Assembly (NCBI GenBank): GCA_040081625.1
Contig: JBEBGD010000155.1
Span: forward strand, 1 to 10,001
Origin: Chthoniobacteraceae bacterium
Lineage (GTDB): Bacteria > Verrucomicrobiota > Verrucomicrobiia > Chthoniobacterales > Chthoniobacteraceae
Reading direction: 5' to 3'
Length of the DNA: 10,001 nt
Under the pieces are notes generated by a model, which was not told the origin of the DNA, searched no databases, and was given only the letters and a program-made list of their open reading frames with translations. The position numbers and the translations under genes are program-made. Below, piece by piece: positions 5,652 through 10,001 of the stretch (the first letter of the stretch is position 1; each line of letters opens with the position of its first letter).

Positions 5652-8600
5652 CTATCGATCGAGCAGCGAACCTTCCTCGATCGGCGCGACGACCGGCGCC
5701 GGCTTGCGCTTCAGCGCCCGAGCCAGATCGGCGAAGAGCGTATAGACGACCGGCACCACGAGCAGCGTGAGCACCGTGCTCGACAGCAGGCCGCCCACGA
5801 CCGCGATGCCCATCGGCCTGCGGCTCTCCGCGCCCGCGCCGAAGCCGATCGCGATCGGCAGAATGCCGGAGATCGTCGAGAAGCTGGTCATCAGGATCGG
5901 CCGCAACCGCGTGCGGCCGGCGGCGCGCATGGCTTCGAGCGCGGACTTGCCGGCGGCCATTTGCTGGTTGGCGAACTCGACGAGCAGGATCGAGTTTTTC
6001 GTCACGAGCCCGACGAGCAGCACGAAGCCGATCTGCGAGAAGAGATTGATATTCATCGACGGCACGCGCGGGACGAAATCGCTGAGCGTCTTCGCCCAGC
6101 CGGGCGCGCTCGGGGCGTAATGCGTCCAGCCGTAGAGCGCGGTGCCGAGATCGTTCACGCCCGACATTACCCACAGCGCGCCGAACGCGCCGAGCCCCGC
6201 GAGCGGGAGAGCAAGCATGACGGTGAAGGGATGCACGAGGCTCTCGAACTGCGCGGCCAGCACCATATAGACGATGATCGCCGCGAGGATGAAGACGAAC
6301 CAGACTTCGCCGCCAGTCTCCTTGAGATCCTCCGCTTCGCCCGCCCACTCATAGCGGAAGCCGGGCGGCAGTTCCGCTGCGAGGATGCGCTCGATATTCG
6401 CGACCGCCGTGCCGAGCGGCACACCGATCGCCGTGGCCTCGATCGCGCCGCTTCGCAGCCGGTTGTAGTGGTTGATCTGCCCCGGCGCCGCGAGCGCCTT
6501 GCTATTCACCACCGACGTGAGCTGCACGAGCTGGCCGGTCTTGCTCCGCACATAGACGCTGTCGAAGTCGTTCGCGGTCATCCGCGACGCGCGGTCGAGC
6601 TGCACGATCACGTCGTATTCCTTCCCCTCGCGCTTCACGCGGCTGAGATTCTGCCCGCCGAAGAGCACCTGCATCGTGCGCGAGATGTCGCCGATGCTCA
6701 CGCCGAGCGCTGCGGCGCGGTCGCGATCGACGGTGATGTCGAGCTGCGGCTTATCGACCTGGAAGACGCTGCGGACGTTGAGCAGGTAGGGCTCGGCGCG
6801 CAGCTTGTTCGAGAGGTCGAAGGCGACGCCGGAGAGTTCGTTGAGGTCCGGGTATTGAATCTGGAGTTGCAGCCCCTGGCTGAAGCTGAAGCCGATCGCC
6901 TTCGGGATGAGCGCGAACGCGAGCGCGCCCTCGATTTCGCCGAAGAAGCGCGCCTGCATGCCGCGTGGTCCGCCGACGATGTCGCGCACGTTGCGCCGCG
7001 CGCCTTCCTTGAACTTCATGAACATCAGCCCGCTCGCCGGGTCGCCCGGTCCGCCGCGCGAGAGCGCCACCGCGGAGAAGTAGCTCTTCACCTCCGAGAA
7101 GCTCGCGACGATCGCCTCCATCTTGCGGAGCTGCCGGTCGGTGTATTCGGAGGTGCTGCCCTCCGGCGCGACGACCACGCAGAGCAGCCGGCCCTTGTCT
7201 TCCTCCGGTAGAAACTCCGTCTCGAGACGGGTGAACACGACGACCGAAAGCGCGATCGCCACGGCGCCGACCGTCGCCGCGAGAAAGCGATGACGCAGCG
7301 CGCGATCGAGCCAGCGCTCGTAAGCCCGCGTGATGCGCGCGATGCCGCGCTCGCACACGCGCAGCAGCCAGTTGTGGCGGGGTTCCGAGCCCCCGGCTGC
7401 GGCGTGCGGCTGCAGGATGCGCGCGGACATCATCGGCGTGAGCGTGAGCGCGACGAAGGCGGAGATGATGACGGACACCGCGACGGTGACGGCGAACTCG
7501 ATGAAGAGGCGGCCCGTCGCCGAGGTCTGGAAGGCGAGCGGCGTGAAGACCGCGACGAGCGAGAAGGTGATCGCGATGATCGCGAAGGAGATTTCGTCCA
7601 TCGCCTTCTTCGCCGCCTCCATCGGCTTCATCCCCTCCTCGATGTGGCGGTAGATATTCTCGAGCACCACGATCGCGTCATCGACGACGATGCCGATGAC
7701 GAGCACCAGCGCGAGCATCGTGAGGATGTTGATCGAGAAGCCGAGGAAGTGCAGCGCGGCGAACGTGCCGATGATCGATACCGGGATCGCGACCGCGGGG
7801 ATGATCGTCGCGCGCAGGCTGCGGAGGAAGACGTAGATGACGACGACGACGAGCGCGAAGGCGATGAAGAGCGTCGTCCACACCTCGTGAACCGCCTTGC
7901 CGACGTATTCGGATTCGTCGTAGGGCAGGTCGATGTTGATGCCCTCGGGGACGACGCCCCGGAGCCGCTCCATCTCGCGCTTGATGCCGTCGGCGACTTC
8001 GATCGTGTTCGCCTGCGTCTGCTTCACGACGCCGAGCGCGACGGACGGGCGGCCATTGAAGCGCCCGATCGAGCGCACGTCCTCGGCGCCGACGCGCGCT
8101 TCGCCGATGTCGCGCAGGCGGATGAGGTTCGCGCCGTCGTTGCGGATGACGAGCGCGTTGAACTGCTCAACAGTCTTCATCTCGCCCTGCGTCTGGATGG
8201 TCATCTCGCGGTCGAGGTTTTCCACGCGCCCGCTCGGAAGTTCGACGTTCTGCTCCATCAGCGCGCGCTCGATGTCCGGCACCGTCACGCCGCGTCCGGC
8301 CATCTTCGCGGCGTCGAGCCAGATGCGGATTGCGAACCGCTTCTCGCCGCCGATGACGATTTGCGACACGCCCGGCAGCGTTTGCAGCACGTCTTTCAAC
8401 TGCCGCTCGGCGATGCGCGAAAGCTCGAGCGTGTCGTAGCGGTCGCTGTGCAGGGCGATCCACATGATGGGCTGCGCGTCGGCTTCCTGCTTGGCGATGA
8501 TGGGTTCTTCGATGTCCTCCGGCAGCTTTCCGCGGGCGCGCGAGACGCGGTCGCGCACGTCCTGCGCGGCGACTTCGACCGGTCGCGCGAGGTTGAACTC

Positions 8601-8879
8601 GATGGTGATATTCGAGACCTCCTCCTTGCTCTCGGAGATGAGCGTCTTGATGCCCTCGATGGAGTTGAGTTCCTCCTCGAGTCGCTCGGTGACTTCCGTC
8701 TCGATGACCTGAGCATTCGCGCCGCGATAGACGGTCATCACGGAGACGATGGGCGGATCGATGTTCGGCAGCTCGCGCACGGGCAGCCGCAGCAGCCCGA
8801 TGATCCCGAAGAGGATCATCGCGAGGCTCATCATGACCGTGAGCACCGGCCGGCGGATGCTGACCTGCGGGAGCTGCAT
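5652..8879 (-). CDS. RND efflux transporter permease subunit (AcrB/AcrD/AcrF family, HAE1-like)
   Basis: 1075 aa. N-terminus SIRRPV, LPVRELP, TM4 GIVVDDAIVVLENI, TM10 GLVTKNSILLVEFA and RLRPILMT; proton-relay Asp-Asp and Lys residues are present. Confidence 0.96.
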   Translation of the reverse strand: MQLPQVSIRRPVLTVMMSLAMILFGIIGLLRLPVRELPNIDPPIVSVMTVYRGANAQVIETEVTERLEEELNSIEGIKTLISESKEEVSNITIEFNLARPVEVAAQDVRDRVSRARGKLPEDIEEPIIAKQEADAQPIMWIALHSDRYDTLELSRIAERQLKDVLQTLPGVSQIVIGGEKRFAIRIWLDAAKMAGRGVTVPDIERALMEQNVELPSGRVENLDREMTIQTQGEMKTVEQFNALVIRNDGANLIRLRDIGEARVGAEDVRSIGRFNGRPSVALGVVKQTQANTIEVADGIKREMERLRGVVPEGINIDLPYDESEYVGKAVHEVWTTLFIAFALVVVVIYVFLRSLRATIIPAVAIPVSIIGTFAALHFLGFSINILTMLALVLVIGIVVDDAIVVLENIYRHIEEGMKPMEAAKKAMDEISFAIIAITFSLVAVFTPLAFQTSATGRLFIEFAVTVAVSVIISAFVALTLTPMMSARILQPHAAAGGSEPRHNWLLRVCERGIARITRAYERWLDRALRHRFLAATVGAVAIALSVVVFTRLETEFLPEEDKGRLLCVVVAPEGSTSEYTDRQLRKMEAIVASFSEVKSYFSAVALSRGGPGDPASGLMFMKFKEGARRNVRDIVGGPRGMQARFFGEIEGALAFALIPKAIGFSFSQGLQLQIQYPDLNELSGVAFDLSNKLRAEPYLLNVRSVFQVDKPQLDITVDRDRAAALGVSIGDISRTMQVLFGGQNLSRVKREGKEYDVIVQLDRASRMTANDFDSVYVRSKTGQLVQLTSVVNSKALAAPGQINHYNRLRSGAIEATAIGVPLGTAVANIERILAAELPPGFRYEWAGEAEDLKETGGEVWFVFILAAIIVYMVLAAQFESLVHPFTVMLALPLAGLGAFGALWVMSGVNDLGTALYGWTHYAPSAPGWAKTLSDFVPRVPSMNINLFSQIGFVLLVGLVTKNSILLVEFANQQMAAGKSALEAMRAAGRTRLRPILMTSFSTISGILPIAIGFGAGAESRRPMGIAVVGGLLSSTVLTLLVVPVVYTLFADLARALKRKPAPVVAPIEEGSLLDR

Positions 8880-9968
8880 TTACTTCGCCGCTGCGGTGTA
8901 AGGCGCCGCCTTGTCCGCCGGCGCGAGCGTGACTTTGCCGCCGGGGCGCGTCTTCTGCCAGCCTTCGACGACGACGAGTTCACCTTCCTTCAGCCCCTCG
9001 ACGATCTCCGCGCGGCCGGCCATGCGGACGCCGGGCTTCACGGGGCGCATGTGCGCGGTCAGGTCGCCATCGACGACGATGACGGCGAAGCGTTCGCCCT
9101 GCGGCATGAGCGCGGCCTCGGGGATGATGATGGCGTCGTCCTTCACGCGCAGCGAAAGGTCGGCGCTGGCAAACATGCCGGGCTTGAGGCGCAGGTCGGC
9201 GTTCGGCACGCGGGCTTTCACGAGCGCGGTGCGGTTCACCGGGTCGATGTGCGGGGCGACGAAGTAGAGCTCGCCCTCGAACTTCTCGCCGGGGAAGGCG
9301 GCGATGCTGAGCTGGAGTTTCGCGCCGACCTTTGCCAGCGCGAGGAAGCGCTCGGGCACGGCGCCTTCGACTTTCACGGGATCGATGTCGCTGAGCGTGG
9401 CGATGGTCTGCACGCCGCGGCCGGGGTTCATGCGCGAGATGACCTGCCCGGGGCTGATCTGCCGTGAGCCGATGATGCCGCTGAAGGGCGCCTTGATTTT
9501 CATGTCGCGCAGTTGCTTGGCGATTTGCGCGACGCGCGCATTGGCCATGTCGAACTGCGCCTTCGCCTCGTCGGCCTCCTCTTGCGAGAGGGTCCGGTTG
9601 GCGAGCAGCTCGCGGGTGCGGTCCCATTTGCTCTGCGCCAGCCGCGCGCTGGCCTCGGCCTCGGAGAGGCGGGCTTCGACTTCCGAGGAGTCCATCTCGA
9701 TGAGCAGTTGCCCGACTTCGACGCGCTGGCCTTCCTCGAAATGGATCGCCGTCACGCGGCCATCGGCCTCGGCCTGGAGATCGACGGTTTCATTTGCGAG
9801 CACGGTGCCGATGACGCGGAGTTGCTCGCTGACGGCTTCGCGGACCGCCTTCACCGCGACGACCTGCGTGGCGAAGCCGCCGGGTGGCCCGCCGGCGGAT
9901 TTTTTGCAGCCGCCGAGCGCGAGCAACGCGATGGGCAGGGCGAGTTGGAGCGCAATCCGGGCAGTCAT
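8880..9968 (-). CDS. RND efflux periplasmic adaptor (membrane fusion protein), lipoprotein
   Basis: Lipobox LALGG|C, lipoyl half-motifs (GRVTAIHFEEGQRVEVGQLL; IKAPFSGIIG), alpha-hairpin, LKPGMF and GLKEGELVVVEG. Its TAA abuts the RND ATG (TAAATG). Start is ATG 9968 or ATG 9986. Confidence 0.94.
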   Translation of the reverse strand: MTARIALQLALPIALLALGGCKKSAGGPPGGFATQVVAVKAVREAVSEQLRVIGTVLANETVDLQAEADGRVTAIHFEEGQRVEVGQLLIEMDSSEVEARLSEAEASARLAQSKWDRTRELLANRTLSQEEADEAKAQFDMANARVAQIAKQLRDMKIKAPFSGIIGSRQISPGQVISRMNPGRGVQTIATLSDIDPVKVEGAVPERFLALAKVGAKLQLSIAAFPGEKFEGELYFVAPHIDPVNRTALVKARVPNADLRLKPGMFASADLSLRVKDDAIIIPEAALMPQGERFAVIVVDGDLTAHMRPVKPGVRMAGRAEIVEGLKEGELVVVEGWQKTRPGGKVTLAPADKAAPYTAAAK

Positions 9969-10001
9969 GTTCAAGGCGCGACCCATCGGGCGGGTTGAGG
10001 G

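Noticed and set aside
5590..5652. Complete tRNA gene in the holB-RND gap
   Set aside because: GCGGAAA to TTCCCGC spans only 59 nt, the T-stem does not pair, there are no D or anticodon arms and no CCA. Only the 3' fragment resemblance is kept as a finding.
5961..9998. Long plus-strand ORFs 5961..7211, 7290..9467 and 9513..9998
   Set aside because: They are antisense to the RND and MFP genes. Long stop-free reverse frames are expected with high-GC codon bias, and no domains are recognisable.
1..10001. CRISPR array, IS/transposase, integrase, rRNA or intrinsic terminators
   Set aside because: No spaced nucleotide repeats, recombinase motifs or hairpin-plus-U-tract were found by eye. The 96-nt periodicity at 1..440 is a protein-level repeat.

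Overview
High-GC bacterial chromosomal window, probably Verrucomicrobiota. That assignment is an inference from the W-x3-DP-x2-A-x2-W repeat protein and the general gene style. Seven genes can be supported. On the left is a minus-strand two-gene unit: a secreted modular protein (803..2566; signal peptide, Arg/Gly-rich segment, dockerin/EF-hand-like loop, Calx-beta domain, YfaP/DUF2135-like C-terminus) coupled by a TAG/GTG overlap to a membrane-anchored protein with exact 32-aa helical repeats (<1..803). The second gene is absent from the ORF track because its stop lies outside the window. Divergent from these are a small lipoprotein and a putative Na+/H+ antiporter (Na_H_antiport_3/DUF1504 family). 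On the right, converging on the antiporter, are an RND adaptor, an RND efflux transporter and holB. No mobile element, CRISPR array or intact RNA gene was seen. The best candidate for an undescribed system is the secreted protein plus repeat protein pair.
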